From a bacterium (GTDB taxonomy: Bacteria; UBA8248), in contig CBDBZU010000004.1 of the NCBI GenBank assembly GCA_965213625.1, positions 1,984,001 through 2,048,000 on the forward strand: 64,000 bases of DNA. The letters are read 5' to 3'. Numbering within the stretch: the stretch's first letter is position 1; every line of letters starts with the position of its first letter. Both the position numbers and the translations under genes were made by a program. A model generated the notes under the pieces. It made no database searches. It was given only the letters and a program-made list of their open reading frames with translations, and had not been told where the DNA came from. Below, piece by piece: positions 8,759 to 18,657 of the stretch.

Positions 8759-9535
8759 ATGGATACGTCGAAGCAGCGAAACATCGAGACTTTCACGCGG
8801 ATGGCCGAGACCTACGGCGGTTATTACAGCGACGCGGAACAGGCGCGCTTGGGCGCGATGGCCGAGCGGGTCGGCTTTGGCGCAGGGAGCCTGCTCGTCG
8901 ATTTTGGGATGGGCACGGGTACATCCGCGCGGCCTTTTCTGGTGGCGGGCGGGAACGTCGTGGGGCTGGATCTCACTCCCGCGATGGCCAAAAGCGGGCG
9001 CGAGCGCCTGCGCGAATGGGGGCTCGAGGCGAACGCCCGCTACGTCATGGCGAACGCTCACGACGCTCCTCTGGCGACAGAAACCGCCGATGCCGCCATC
9101 TGCCGCCACACGTTTCATCATCTGGATAATCCCAAAAAAGTTTTTGGGGAGATGGCGCGCGCGGTTCGCCCGGGCGGCCATGTCTTCTTGATCGACTTTC
9201 ACTATCCCGACGAGGAAGAAGAGCGCGAGAAGATAGAAGAACTCGACCGGGTGCGCGAGCCGACCATCACGCGGCATCTGTCCGGAAAAGAGATGGAAGA
9301 TCTTTTTCGGGAAGAAGGAATCCGGATCGAGGAGACCGTCGTCGACAGGACCGACACACTCTTCGATGAGTGGATGGACATCGCCAAGACCTCGCCCGAG
9401 GTGTTCCCGAAGCTGAGAGCCGCCTTCGAGGCCCTGCGCGATCAGGGCGGAAGCTGGTATGAGGAAAAAGGCGAGGGCGCGGAATTTTCCGTCATCAGAA
9501 AACGCTTGACCATCCTGGGCCAAAAACCGGCCTGA
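8759..9535 (+). CDS. Class I SAM-dependent methyltransferase
   Basis: VDFGMGTG motif I variant, GLDLTPAM, TFHH, RAVRPGG. Confidence 0.88.
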   Translation: MDTSKQRNIETFTRMAETYGGYYSDAEQARLGAMAERVGFGAGSLLVDFGMGTGTSARPFLVAGGNVVGLDLTPAMAKSGRERLREWGLEANARYVMANAHDAPLATETADAAICRHTFHHLDNPKKVFGEMARAVRPGGHVFLIDFHYPDEEEEREKIEELDRVREPTITRHLSGKEMEDLFREEGIRIEETVVDRTDTLFDEWMDIAKTSPEVFPKLRAAFEALRDQGGSWYEEKGEGAEFSVIRKRLTILGQKPA

Positions 9536-9762
9536 GTTTCCCTCACAGCTCCTGCGGCGGCGCGCCGCCATAACCTCGCATTGTGTGGCCCGCCCTATTC
9601 TCTTAACCTTGAGGAGCCCTCCACATTCCCCCTCACCTAGTTGCTTTCCCCTTCACCCTGAGTTTCTGCGAAGCAGCGTATCGAAGGTCAAACGCGATTG
9701 ATAAGGGGTTGTTGTGCAACCCTCGGAAACGATTTTGGATTGTGCGCAAGCTTTTGAAGTTC

Positions 9763-9924
9763 ACTCCCCCCTTGAGGGGGAGTCGAAGAGCTGAGGGCGT
9801 AAGCCCGAAAGCGATTCGGTGGGGGGTATAATTCGGAATGGCAATAAAACGTATTTTACTCCCCACCGGTACGGTTTCGGGGAAAAACCCCCTTACCTCA
9901 CCGACTCCCCCTCAAGGGGGGAGT
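9763..9924. repeat. Perfect 23-bp inverted repeat pair
   Basis: ACTCCCCCCTTGAGGGGGAGTCG (9763-9785) and its exact reverse complement (9902-9924), in an intergenic region between convergent genes. Confidence 0.85.
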
Positions 9925-10103
9925 AGTTATCTTCTCTCTCGTCGATTGGCAAAGTTGTTCAAGGGCAATGCACGCAGCCGCGCCGGTGAGCTGAATTTCG
10001 AGAGAGAAAAATTTTTCAACAACACCTCCCCGATTGGGTTCGTGCCCTCGATACAGCGTGCAAGTGCGCCTACTCGGGATGAGGGGGTTGTTAGTTGTTC
10101 TCC

Positions 10104-11798
10104 TCAAAGCTCCTGGGGCGGCGCGCCGCCCAGAGGGGTGGGCTTCACGACCGCGTCGATGAGGTAGGGTTTATCGCCCCGTGCGGCTTCTGCAAGGCAC
10201 GCTTCCAACTCATCCGGCGCATGGACGCGCGCCGCCTCCACGCCCATCGATTCCGCCAGCTTGATGAAGTCGAGGTCCGGTTCCGTCAGGTCCATGCCGA
10301 CGAAGCGGTGAAACTCCTTCGCCTTGCCGTCCAGGGCCAGCACGCGCCCTTTCAGGATGTGGTAGGCACCGTTGTTGGCAATGAGGAAAACGACGCCCAC
10401 ATTGTATTTCGCCGCCGTCCAGAGCGTCTGGTTCGAGTACATGGCCGAGCCGTCTCCCGAGAGGCAGATGACGGGGCGGTCCGGCGTCGCTATTTTCGCG
10501 CCCAGCGCCATGGGCAGGCCGTTCCCGATGCCCCCTCCTTTTCTCCCGAAAATCTGGGACGCATTGCGCCCCACCGCGCGCCGAAATCCGGGGCCTGCGG
10601 AGGTAAGCGCCTCATCCACCCACACGGCGCCATCGGGCGCGCCCGCGCCGAGCGCCCGGTGAAAGACAGGAAGCGGCATGCCTTCCGAATAATCGCTTTG
10701 CTCTGCCGGAGGCGATGCGGCCTCGCGCGCACTCTGGTTCTCTTTCGCAATCCGCTCCCCGCGCGCTTTCGCTCGTGCGGCCTCATCCGCCGTCTGCGCT
10801 TTCGCCACGGTTTCCGTCAGGACGGGGAGGGTGGTTTTCGGGTCCCCGTAGAGTGAAGCGTCCAAACCGAAGTTCTTGCCCATCTCCCATGCGTTCAGGT
10901 CCAGGTGCACGACCCGGCAGCTTTCGGGCAGTGGACGCACGTCGGCTGGGTATGAGAACAGGAACACTTCCGTACCGACGAGGAACACCAGGTCGTATTC
11001 CGCGAGGCGCTCCCTCAAGGGTCTTGCGAGGATGGGGAGTTTGCCCGAGTAGAGCGGGTGCGCGAAGGGATAAGAGATCATGTTGGCGAAATTCTCTTCA
11101 TACGCCTTGGCGCCGATTTGCTCGGCGAAGCGCGCCGCCTCCTCCAGCGCGCTCGATTTTGCGACGCCCGCGCCTGCGACGACGCAGGGCCGCTCGGCTT
11201 TCGCTATGAGCGCGGCCGCCGCCTCGATGGACTCGGCCGATGCGGCGAAACGCGTGTGGATACGCGTGGGCTTTTCCTGCAAGTCCGAGGCTGCGGCCAA
11301 CATGACGTCTCCGGGTAGAGAGAGGAACACGGGCCCCGTCGGCGGCGTGAGAGATACCTTGACGGCGCGGCGCACGGCCTGCTCCAGGTCTTCAACGCGG
11401 CGCACCTCGTAGGACCACTTCACGAGGGGCTCGGCCATGCGCGCGAGGTCGTCGTAGAGGATGATTTCCTGAAAGTGTCCGCTCTGGGGCTGGTTCCCGG
11501 CGGTGACGAGCATGGGCGCGCCCGAGCGTTTCGCGTTGTAGAGAAGCCCCATCGCGTTGCCGAGGCCGGGCGCCACGTGGAGGTTCACCGCGGCGGGCCT
11601 TCCGGTGCTCAGGCCGTATCCCTCGGCTGCGGAGATGGCCACGCCCTCGTGCAGCGTAAGGATGAACTTGAGCCGCTCTTCGTTCACCAGCGCGTCCATC
11701 AGGGGAAGCTCCGTCGTGCCCGGATTTCCGAACAGGTGCGTCACTCCCTCGTCGAGCAGGGTTTCGAGCAGCAAGCCTGCGCCGTTTACGTTTCTCAT
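10104..11798 (-). CDS. Thiamine pyrophosphate-dependent enzyme, benzoylformate decarboxylase-like
   Basis: FGNPGTTELP, NLHVAPGLGNAMG, and ThDP motif GDGSAMY..NN. Confidence 0.88.
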   Translation of the reverse strand: MRNVNGAGLLLETLLDEGVTHLFGNPGTTELPLMDALVNEERLKFILTLHEGVAISAAEGYGLSTGRPAAVNLHVAPGLGNAMGLLYNAKRSGAPMLVTAGNQPQSGHFQEIILYDDLARMAEPLVKWSYEVRRVEDLEQAVRRAVKVSLTPPTGPVFLSLPGDVMLAAASDLQEKPTRIHTRFAASAESIEAAAALIAKAERPCVVAGAGVAKSSALEEAARFAEQIGAKAYEENFANMISYPFAHPLYSGKLPILARPLRERLAEYDLVFLVGTEVFLFSYPADVRPLPESCRVVHLDLNAWEMGKNFGLDASLYGDPKTTLPVLTETVAKAQTADEAARAKARGERIAKENQSAREAASPPAEQSDYSEGMPLPVFHRALGAGAPDGAVWVDEALTSAGPGFRRAVGRNASQIFGRKGGGIGNGLPMALGAKIATPDRPVICLSGDGSAMYSNQTLWTAAKYNVGVVFLIANNGAYHILKGRVLALDGKAKEFHRFVGMDLTEPDLDFIKLAESMGVEAARVHAPDELEACLAEAARGDKPYLIDAVVKPTPLGGAPPQEL

Positions 11799-11835
11799 CT
11801 ATCTGGCCTCTGGGTATTGGTGGATACGATATGGA

Positions 11836-12603
11836 TTAGTGGAAATAATTGCCGCCGTTCACGAGAAGGGTCTGGCCCGTGACGAAGGCGTTTCGGATCA
11901 TCATCATGACGGCGTCGACCGTCTCCTCCACCGTCCCGAAGCGCTCCATCGGCGTGTTCGGCGTGGAGGTGCGCAGGTCCTGCGTCGTCATGTCGGTGTC
12001 GATGAGGGCGGGCGCCACGCTGTTCACCGTGACGCCTTCTTTCACCAGGGCCGCGGCATATCCGTGGGTGAGTCCGTGCATGCCCGCCTTGGACGCCGCG
12101 TAGTGCGGGCCGACGCGCCCGCCCGTGAAGGCGGCGTTCGATGAGACGTTGACGATCCTGCCCCACCGCGCCTCCCGCATGTCGGGCAATACGGCCTGCG
12201 TGAGCAGGAACGCGGATTTGAGATTCACGCTGAGCGTGGCGTCCCAATCGGCTTCGGTGAGTTCGTCAAATGGTTTCATGATGGCGATACCTGCGTTGTT
12301 CACGAGAATCGAGACGGGGCCGAAGCGCTCCCTCGTCTCATCCACGAGGCGGCGCACATCGCCGGCGACCGATACGTCCGCCTGGATGACGAAGGCCTCC
12401 CCGCCCGCCTTTTCTATCTCGCGGCGGGTCTCCTCCGCCTCGTCCGCGCGCTCGCGGTAGTTCACCGCTACGCGGCAGCCTGCACTCCCCAGCGCGAGCG
12501 CGCATCCGCGCCCGATGCCCCGGCTCGCGCCGGTGACGATGCAGGTTTTCCCCTTAATACTTTCTGGCGACAACGCCGCGCCTCCCGGGAGTGTGAAAGG
12601 CAT
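11836..12603 (-). CDS. SDR family oxidoreductase (FabG-like)
   Basis: TGASRGIG, NNAG, YAASK. Confidence 0.92.
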   Translation of the reverse strand: MPFTLPGGAALSPESIKGKTCIVTGASRGIGRGCALALGSAGCRVAVNYRERADEAEETRREIEKAGGEAFVIQADVSVAGDVRRLVDETRERFGPVSILVNNAGIAIMKPFDELTEADWDATLSVNLKSAFLLTQAVLPDMREARWGRIVNVSSNAAFTGGRVGPHYAASKAGMHGLTHGYAAALVKEGVTVNSVAPALIDTDMTTQDLRTSTPNTPMERFGTVEETVDAVMMMIRNAFVTGQTLLVNGGNYFH

Positions 12604-12685
12604 ATCCTAATCCATCCGCCGCGAGTTGGGCAGTCATGATGAGGGAATTTTATCGTTTGGGGATCGCGGTGGTATATTGCCCGGC

Positions 12686-13702
12686 ATGAGTGGAGAAAAC
12701 ATTCGCGCAGCTTGTGTCGGGCTGGGCCGATGGGCCGGCGTGCTGGCGGAGGGAGTCCGGAAAACGCCGGGGCTCGAGATCACCGCATGCCATACGAGAT
12801 CGGGCGAGCGCAAAGAAGCGTTCGCGCAGAATTTCGGATGCAAGCCTTATCCGGATTATGGGGCCATTCTCGAAGACCCGCAGGTCGACGCCGTCATCCT
12901 CACCACTCCCCACAGCGCGCATAAAGAGCAGGTCTGCTCGGCGGCCCGGTCCGGGAAGCATGTGTTCGTCGAAAAGCCGATCGCCGTCACTCTCAAAGAC
13001 GCCCGCGCCTGCGTGGAAGCGTGTGAGCGAGCGGGCGTCATCTTGATGGTAGGGCATTGCTGGCGCTGGGTGGCCTCTGTCCAGAAGGCGAAAGCGCTAC
13101 TCGATGCGGGCGCGCTCGGGGAGGTGACGCAGGCGGCGGGGCATTTCGGCAACCCGCGCGCGCAGAATTTCGGCAGGGAAATCTGGCGAGACGATCCCGC
13201 AGAATCGCCTCTCGGGCCGTTCACGGGGCCGGGTTTTCATCTTCTCGACATCCTGAAGTACCTTCTGGGTCCCGTCGGAGAAGCCTTTGCCATGCTGGAG
13301 CGGAAGATGTCTGCGGGACGAATTCCCGATACCGCCTCGGGCGCGCTCAGATTTGTCTCAGGCGTGACCGCCCTGGTGAGTTCGAGCTTCGTGACGCAGC
13401 GCCGCTACCAGCTTTCCCTGTTTGGAACCGAGGCGAATCTCTACGTGAACGCAGACCCGGGGGGCGGAACGCTCGCCGCGCCCGACCTCGTCATCCACAG
13501 GCAGGGTGGGGGGGCGCCCGAGGTCGTCGCGGTCGAGAAAACCGACATGATCGCCCGCCACATGTCTTCTTTCGCGGAGAGCATACGCGGCGATACGCAC
13601 CCTTTCACCGACGGGCGCGAAGGAGCCGCCCTGGTCGCGCTGCTCTCGGCCATGCTCGACTCATCGAAGTCAGGTGGATGGGCGCGCGTGGAATCACCCT
13701 GA
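12686..13702 (+). CDS. Gfo/Idh/MocA family oxidoreductase
   Basis: VGLGRW, AARSGKHVFVEKPIA, HLLD. ATG at 12686. Confidence 0.9.
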   Translation: MSGENIRAACVGLGRWAGVLAEGVRKTPGLEITACHTRSGERKEAFAQNFGCKPYPDYGAILEDPQVDAVILTTPHSAHKEQVCSAARSGKHVFVEKPIAVTLKDARACVEACERAGVILMVGHCWRWVASVQKAKALLDAGALGEVTQAAGHFGNPRAQNFGREIWRDDPAESPLGPFTGPGFHLLDILKYLLGPVGEAFAMLERKMSAGRIPDTASGALRFVSGVTALVSSSFVTQRRYQLSLFGTEANLYVNADPGGGTLAAPDLVIHRQGGGAPEVVAVEKTDMIARHMSSFAESIRGDTHPFTDGREGAALVALLSAMLDSSKSGGWARVESP

Positions 13703-13749
13703 AATGGTCGACCGAGAATAATTCGCCTCATCTGCAGGAACCTGAAAAT

Positions 13750-14634
13750 TCACTTGCCCCATACGACGGCCCATGCGCCCAGGACCGAGCAGGCCCCGCC
13801 GATGATGACCTGCGCGCTCACGCGCTCTTGTTTCCTGAAGAACAGCCACGAGAAGAGGATAACGATCAAAATCGAGAGCCGGTTGATGGGAACCACCTGG
13901 ATGACCTCGCCGTCCTTGATCGCCCACCAGAAGAAGAACGCGGCCAGAAAATTGCACGCAGCGCCCAGCGCCGTGATGAGGAGCGAATATCGCGTGAAGG
14001 GGCTGCTCTTCATTTGGATCGTCGGGAAGAAAAAGGCGCTGGCGAGCAGGAGCGTGAGCGTCGTCATGTTCGAGACGCCCATTCCCAGCGTGACCGATGG
14101 GATGTGGACGAAGCCGTATTTGCGCACGATGTGGGAGATGCTCGCAAAGGCCGCTCCCGCCACCGGTATGAGGTAGTAGGTGAGGGGAACCCGTCTCTGG
14201 GTGGCTTTCTTGTCGTATAAGAGCAGCACGCCGCCCGCCATGATGCCCAGCGTCCCCATCGTTACCATAGGGGTGAGTGTCTCGCCCAAAAGAATGACTG
14301 CGAGGCCCGAGGACCAGATGAGGCCCGTTTGCGTCAGGATGGGCGTGCGGGCCAAACCTATCAGCTTGATGGAAATCATCCCCATGTAGCGACCGCCCAG
14401 TCCGCCGACGGTCCCCACGAGGACGAACCACAGGACCCCGTAGAGCGGCCAGTGGTCGAGTCCCTCGCCCATCGCGTAGAGGCCGAGCGCGAAGATGGTG
14501 GTGATGATCGTCGCGATCACCGTCGTCACGAGCGGGCTCAGGCTCATGAGCGCGCCCCGGTAGAGCGTCCTGGCGACGGAGATGAAAAACGCCGAGAGAA
14601 GCGCCATCACGTTGGGATGAAAGGATTCGAGCAA
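13750..14634 (-). CDS. DMT/EamA family transporter
   Basis: About 10 hydrophobic segments in two repeats; LAVILLGE and FFRKQERV motifs. Confidence 0.85.
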   Translation of the reverse strand: MLESFHPNVMALLSAFFISVARTLYRGALMSLSPLVTTVIATIITTIFALGLYAMGEGLDHWPLYGVLWFVLVGTVGGLGGRYMGMISIKLIGLARTPILTQTGLIWSSGLAVILLGETLTPMVTMGTLGIMAGGVLLLYDKKATQRRVPLTYYLIPVAGAAFASISHIVRKYGFVHIPSVTLGMGVSNMTTLTLLLASAFFFPTIQMKSSPFTRYSLLITALGAACNFLAAFFFWWAIKDGEVIQVVPINRLSILIVILFSWLFFRKQERVSAQVIIGGACSVLGAWAVVWGK

Positions 14635-14756
14635 GTGGAAAACTCAAGATGTAAGAGAAAACGCCATTATCCACCGGTGGAGGGAGCAGGGCAAGGCGGG
14701 TCAACCTCGCCTGAGGAAGAAGAGGGTGCCCGACGGATGAGAGGAATGTTCCGCCC

Positions 14757-14780
14757 GTAGGGACAGGTCGTGACCTGTCC
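14757..14780. repeat. GTAG-type REP
   Basis: GTAGGGACAGGTCGTGACCTGTCC, same stem as the REP at 366. Confidence 0.75.
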
Positions 14781-14785
14781 GGCTA

Positions 14786-15508
14786 CTACAAAGTGTGTTG
14801 CGCGGAAGAGGCTATCGCTGCACCGTTCGTTGCCTGATTATGGCCGTTCGCAGGAGCGCGCATCATCCGCTTGAGTGTCAAGACGGCACTCTCGGGGCTG
14901 CTGAGCACACTCGCATCCACGCGGCGGGATACCGCATCCAGCGCCCGCGCCATGGAGAACTGGGCGAGGAGGACGACATCGGCGTGGGCCGCGTTTGCGG
15001 CAGCTTCCGCGATGAGCGCGTCGTGTGTTTGCGGATCGCCCGCCTGAAGCGCGTCTGAGGCGTCTGCGACGTAAGACGCCTCGATTTTAAGCGCAATCTT
15101 TTTTTGCGCCGCCAGGGCTTCCAACTCTTTTCGTATCGATGGGCCAGAGGGCCTGAATGTGGAAAGCACGTGGATGCGCGTCCCGAGCCGGAGCGCTTCT
15201 TCGAGCATCGCCTGGTTCGGCTTGAATACGGGTATCGGGAGCCTCGACTGGACGGCCTCTATCGCCGGGCCGAAGGCCGAGCATGAGTAGAGGATCGCCT
15301 CTGCGCCCCCCCGGTGCGCGAACTCGGCAAGACTGTCCACGCGCCCGAATAGCGCAGGCGTGAGGTGGCCGACCGCTTCCAGGTCGCGCGAGAGGGATTC
15401 GTCGATGAGCTGTACGACCTCGGCTTCGGGCCAATGGCTTTCGAACGCGGCTTCGATGGGCGATACCGCGACGCGGATCGCATGAATGACGCCGATGCGG
15501 GCGGACAT
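14786..15508 (-). CDS. Asp/Glu/hydantoin racemase superfamily protein
   Basis: YSCSAFG, VLLAQFSMA and LSSPESAV motifs. Confidence 0.8.
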   Translation of the reverse strand: MSARIGVIHAIRVAVSPIEAAFESHWPEAEVVQLIDESLSRDLEAVGHLTPALFGRVDSLAEFAHRGGAEAILYSCSAFGPAIEAVQSRLPIPVFKPNQAMLEEALRLGTRIHVLSTFRPSGPSIRKELEALAAQKKIALKIEASYVADASDALQAGDPQTHDALIAEAAANAAHADVVLLAQFSMARALDAVSRRVDASVLSSPESAVLTLKRMMRAPANGHNQATNGAAIASSAQHTL

Positions 15509-15623
15509 GGTTCCGAATAAATCCTTTCCAAAACAAAGAAGTATAAAAACGAACGCGGAATTTTAGGCGAAAACGCGGATTTTTGGCAAGGGTGGGGGCG
15601 GGCATCCACACATGAGGATGAAC

Positions 15624-17024
15624 CTATGAATTTGAATGATTCTGGAAGCGGAAGGTCTCTTCGGTTTGCTGGCGCGTGAGCTGCAAGGACACAAATGCTG
15701 TGCGATGAGGAACAAAAAACTTGTCGATGTCCTCGTGCCGGATGCGAATGCCTCCGATGTCTTCATCGGCGAGGGTCTTGAAGCCGACCGGTGTTCGCTC
15801 GCTGATCTCGGGGTAGGCGGTGACGCTTACACTCAAGAACTCACCGACCTTGTCGACGATGTCGCGCAGCCGCGTACAGTCGACGTATACGCTTCGATAG
15901 GACGCGTCGTCGGAGTATTTGTGGATTCCTTGTATGGCCGATGTATGGAATGTTTCAGCGACGATTTCCTTATCGTCATCTTTTTCATAGAACTCGAGAA
16001 GATAATCATCGATCCCGACTCCGTATTGGTCCTCAACATGAAAGACGGTGTTTTGAAAGCCGTGTTTCTTGCTGTTACTCGTTACGGTCTTGGGCAACAG
16101 CGCATCGTTGCGTATTGCCAGTGAATCGCGCCACGCGCCGAACTCATCGTCTTCGATAGTCAACGCTTTAACGATATCTGCAAACAAACCGCCGTCGCGC
16201 TTGGCTCTCTCGACCTGTCGCAGGGAACTGGAACTGCGGTGGAACAGCTTGATCGAGCTATGATCATGGCCGTCCATCACGCCGAACGCCGTTGTTCCCG
16301 AAGAAGCTTCCATATCGTAGGTTACGTCGTGCCCGGCTTCGTCTGGATTTGTTGGAAATACCGCCTTGATTCGCACGCAGTTCATGTTGGCTGTGGAGGT
16401 GCGTACCGTACCGTCCGAGCCGACTTCGTTAGCGATGACGCGGATTCCTCGATAACCGAAGTTGCCGACCAGCACCGTGCACAGCACGTTGCCGGGCTGA
16501 TACATCTCGCCGCCGCGACCGAAGCGGTCGCGGTCGGCCAGTCGCCAGGTGTATGGACTCGCGAGCTCTAGACCCTTGAGAATTTGGGTCCCGGTCTCGA
16601 AAGGTTCGCCCGCGGGTTGTTTTGTGATGAAGCCTTTCCAGACGCGACCGAGAAACGATCGTCCCTTGTGGGCAAGCGGCGAGCCGAAATTCGCCGGGGC
16701 GAGCATGAGCAGATGCTTGATGGGGGCACGTCCGGGCGTGTAGTTGCGCTGAAGCCAGTCGCGAATCACCAGAGCGCCGGTGCTGTGCACGATGGCGTCT
16801 ACGCTGCCTTTTTTCTTCGGCAGGTCGTGTCTCTCCCAGGCTGTCTGCATCGCCGTCACGACATCGTCGAATCGAACTTCATCTTCCATGCTGATGTAGT
16901 CGGCCAGCGAGATAATCGTGACGTTTTGTCCTTGCAGCTTCTTTTGCAGAAGTCTTGCGAGTGGCTCGAAGCTCTCAGATGTATCGTTCCAACCGTGCAG
17001 GATGACAATCTGGCGTTCAGGCAT
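15624..17024 (-). CDS. Alpha/beta hydrolase (esterase/lipase-like)
   Basis: ILHGW oxyanion motif, VHSTGA nucleophile elbow, LAPANFGS, SDGTV, DHS. ATG at 17024 after GGAGG. Confidence 0.8.
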   Translation of the reverse strand: MPERQIVILHGWNDTSESFEPLARLLQKKLQGQNVTIISLADYISMEDEVRFDDVVTAMQTAWERHDLPKKKGSVDAIVHSTGALVIRDWLQRNYTPGRAPIKHLLMLAPANFGSPLAHKGRSFLGRVWKGFITKQPAGEPFETGTQILKGLELASPYTWRLADRDRFGRGGEMYQPGNVLCTVLVGNFGYRGIRVIANEVGSDGTVRTSTANMNCVRIKAVFPTNPDEAGHDVTYDMEASSGTTAFGVMDGHDHSSIKLFHRSSSSLRQVERAKRDGGLFADIVKALTIEDDEFGAWRDSLAIRNDALLPKTVTSNSKKHGFQNTVFHVEDQYGVGIDDYLLEFYEKDDDKEIVAETFHTSAIQGIHKYSDDASYRSVYVDCTRLRDIVDKVGEFLSVSVTAYPEISERTPVGFKTLADEDIGGIRIRHEDIDKFFVPHRTAFVSLQLTRQQTEETFRFQNHSNS

Positions 17025-17316
17025 TGAGTCCTCCGATGTGGCATCTCTGAATTGCCCAAGTGGAATGTATCCAATGAAGAAAAATGTCCGATTAATACGA
17101 CACAAATCCTTCCGGTGCCGGGCAGGAATTCGATTACGGCCGACAGACGGTAAAACCGTGATGAAGTGGTTGTTTCCAGCCGATCATGCACTTGAAATTT
17201 CTCAAGAATGTCATATAATGTCAACGACATTATAATAATGTTGCAGAAATTCCAGTTTTACGCACGCGCGACTGCTCGGCCCTGATGAAACGCGCTCCAA
17301 GGGAGGACCCCCGGGT

Positions 17317-17822
17317 ATGCGTAATCGATTCTTAAAAAACATTCGAACGGTGCAGTTCGTGATGTGCGCAACTGCACTCTTCATTTCGATAGGCATCTTG
17401 TTCGGTAGCGCTTCTATTCCCCGCACCCAGTCGGCGGAAGCACCTAAAAAGTCTAAGTCCGGCATGATCGTGCTGGAAAGAAATGTGAAATCCCTGATGA
17501 GAATAAGAAGCAATGGGAAGAGCCTGAAGAGTGGGCTTGGGGAGAATGATGAGAAGGACGAAGTGCGGATTTCATCAGTTGCTGGCGGGTAAAGAAACTC
17601 AATCCAGGAGCGCGTTACAAATGACCAGATTATGAGTATTGGAAGGAGAACTCGAAAACATCGACTCCTAAAAACTGTGTGACCAAGTTGGAAGCCTATA
17701 TGGTGAGTAGATGTAAGGCCTGGACTCTCCAGCACCAGAAAACAACCGCCCATATAAGGTTAGGTGGGTTTTATGCATTACGTCTAGGCAGGATGTCACA
17801 TTTGGAATTCTCACTAACATAG
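17317..17822 (+). pseudogene. Degraded gene: signal-peptide ORF plus a frameshifted, stop-riddled continuation
   Basis: The signal-peptide ORF 17317-17592 overlaps another frame reading KKCEIP..QWEEPEEWAWGE**EGRSADF..KKLNP..*..YW, with TGA at 17547, 17550 and further on. Confidence 0.45.
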
Positions 17823-17834
17823 GAGGTAGTTGAA

Positions 17835-18410
17835 ATGAGCGATATTGACTCCACCCCTAGAAATCCGAATGCATCGGCGCATGATCACCCAAAAGTAAAG
17901 TTTCTGAACACTCGTGAAGTTATCTTGTTGGGTGCAATAGGTGGAATTATTACAAATCTAATCGCGCACCCTGGTATTGTTGTTCTAGAATTATCAGAAC
18001 TAAGTTTTACAGACCTATTTGATTTCGTGGGCAGTGCAATAATAGGTGCGTTCCTTGGAGGAATATGGGCTTTTGTCAATATGCCCGAGTATGATCGTAA
18101 GCGTGCTTTACAATTCGGGATGATTGCCCCTGCAGTTTTTGTATCTTTTACATTTGGAAAAGAAAGCATAAAAGAGCAACAGATAAATTCGAAGGAAGAG
18201 AAACCAACTAAACAGACCCAAAAGGAGGATGAGAAAAAGAAACCAACTAAACTGATTCAGAAGGAGGATACGGGAAGCCGTTTCACAATCTTTGAGAACG
18301 CTTACGCTGCAACTCAGCCGTTTTTGCAAGAAGATTTGCACGCCATTATTGAGATAGCATCTAAAAAGAAGAAGAGAAAAAGACCTTGGTGGATAAGGAT
18401 TTTTCGTTAA
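17835..18410 (+). CDS. Hypothetical membrane protein (about 3 TM), AT-rich
   Basis: AGGAGG RBS; hydrophobic helices with GAFLGG and RALQFGMIAPA; charged linker and basic C-terminus. Confidence 0.7.
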   Translation: MSDIDSTPRNPNASAHDHPKVKFLNTREVILLGAIGGIITNLIAHPGIVVLELSELSFTDLFDFVGSAIIGAFLGGIWAFVNMPEYDRKRALQFGMIAPAVFVSFTFGKESIKEQQINSKEEKPTKQTQKEDEKKKPTKLIQKEDTGSRFTIFENAYAATQPFLQEDLHAIIEIASKKKKRKRPWWIRIFR

Positions 18411-18575
18411 GAAGTCTAAATCGGATGCAGACGCCTCGGATGTGCAGTCAGGATATTTTCACAAATTTTCTACGAAGCAAGGCAGGCTCGCTGCTTATCA
18501 TTTAATGAAATCATAGCTTCTGCCTGAGGTCATCGTCATTCTGGTGTGATTTTCGACCTGAGAGCAACGGCGTAT

Positions 18576-18603
18576 GTAGGGGCAGACCTGTGTCCGCCCC
18601 TAC
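18576..18603. repeat. GTAG-type REP / collapsed REP doublet
   Basis: GTAGGGGCAGACCTGTGTCCGCCCCTAC is an imperfect palindrome bounded by GTAG...CTAC, between convergent genes. Confidence 0.75.
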
Positions 18604-18657
18604 AAGAGCGTTCTTCCATTACGAACACCTCGCGGTTTCCTCCTCGGAAAAGGCCGC

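Noticed and set aside
8714-9571. 285-aa minus-strand ORF
   Set aside because: Antisense shadow of the methyltransferase with no recognisable motifs.
17547-17552. Tandem TGA as selenocysteine or recoded codons
   Set aside because: No SECIS-like hairpin or redox motif is evident, a frameshift is also needed, and TGA is a normal stop elsewhere in the window. Decay is simpler.
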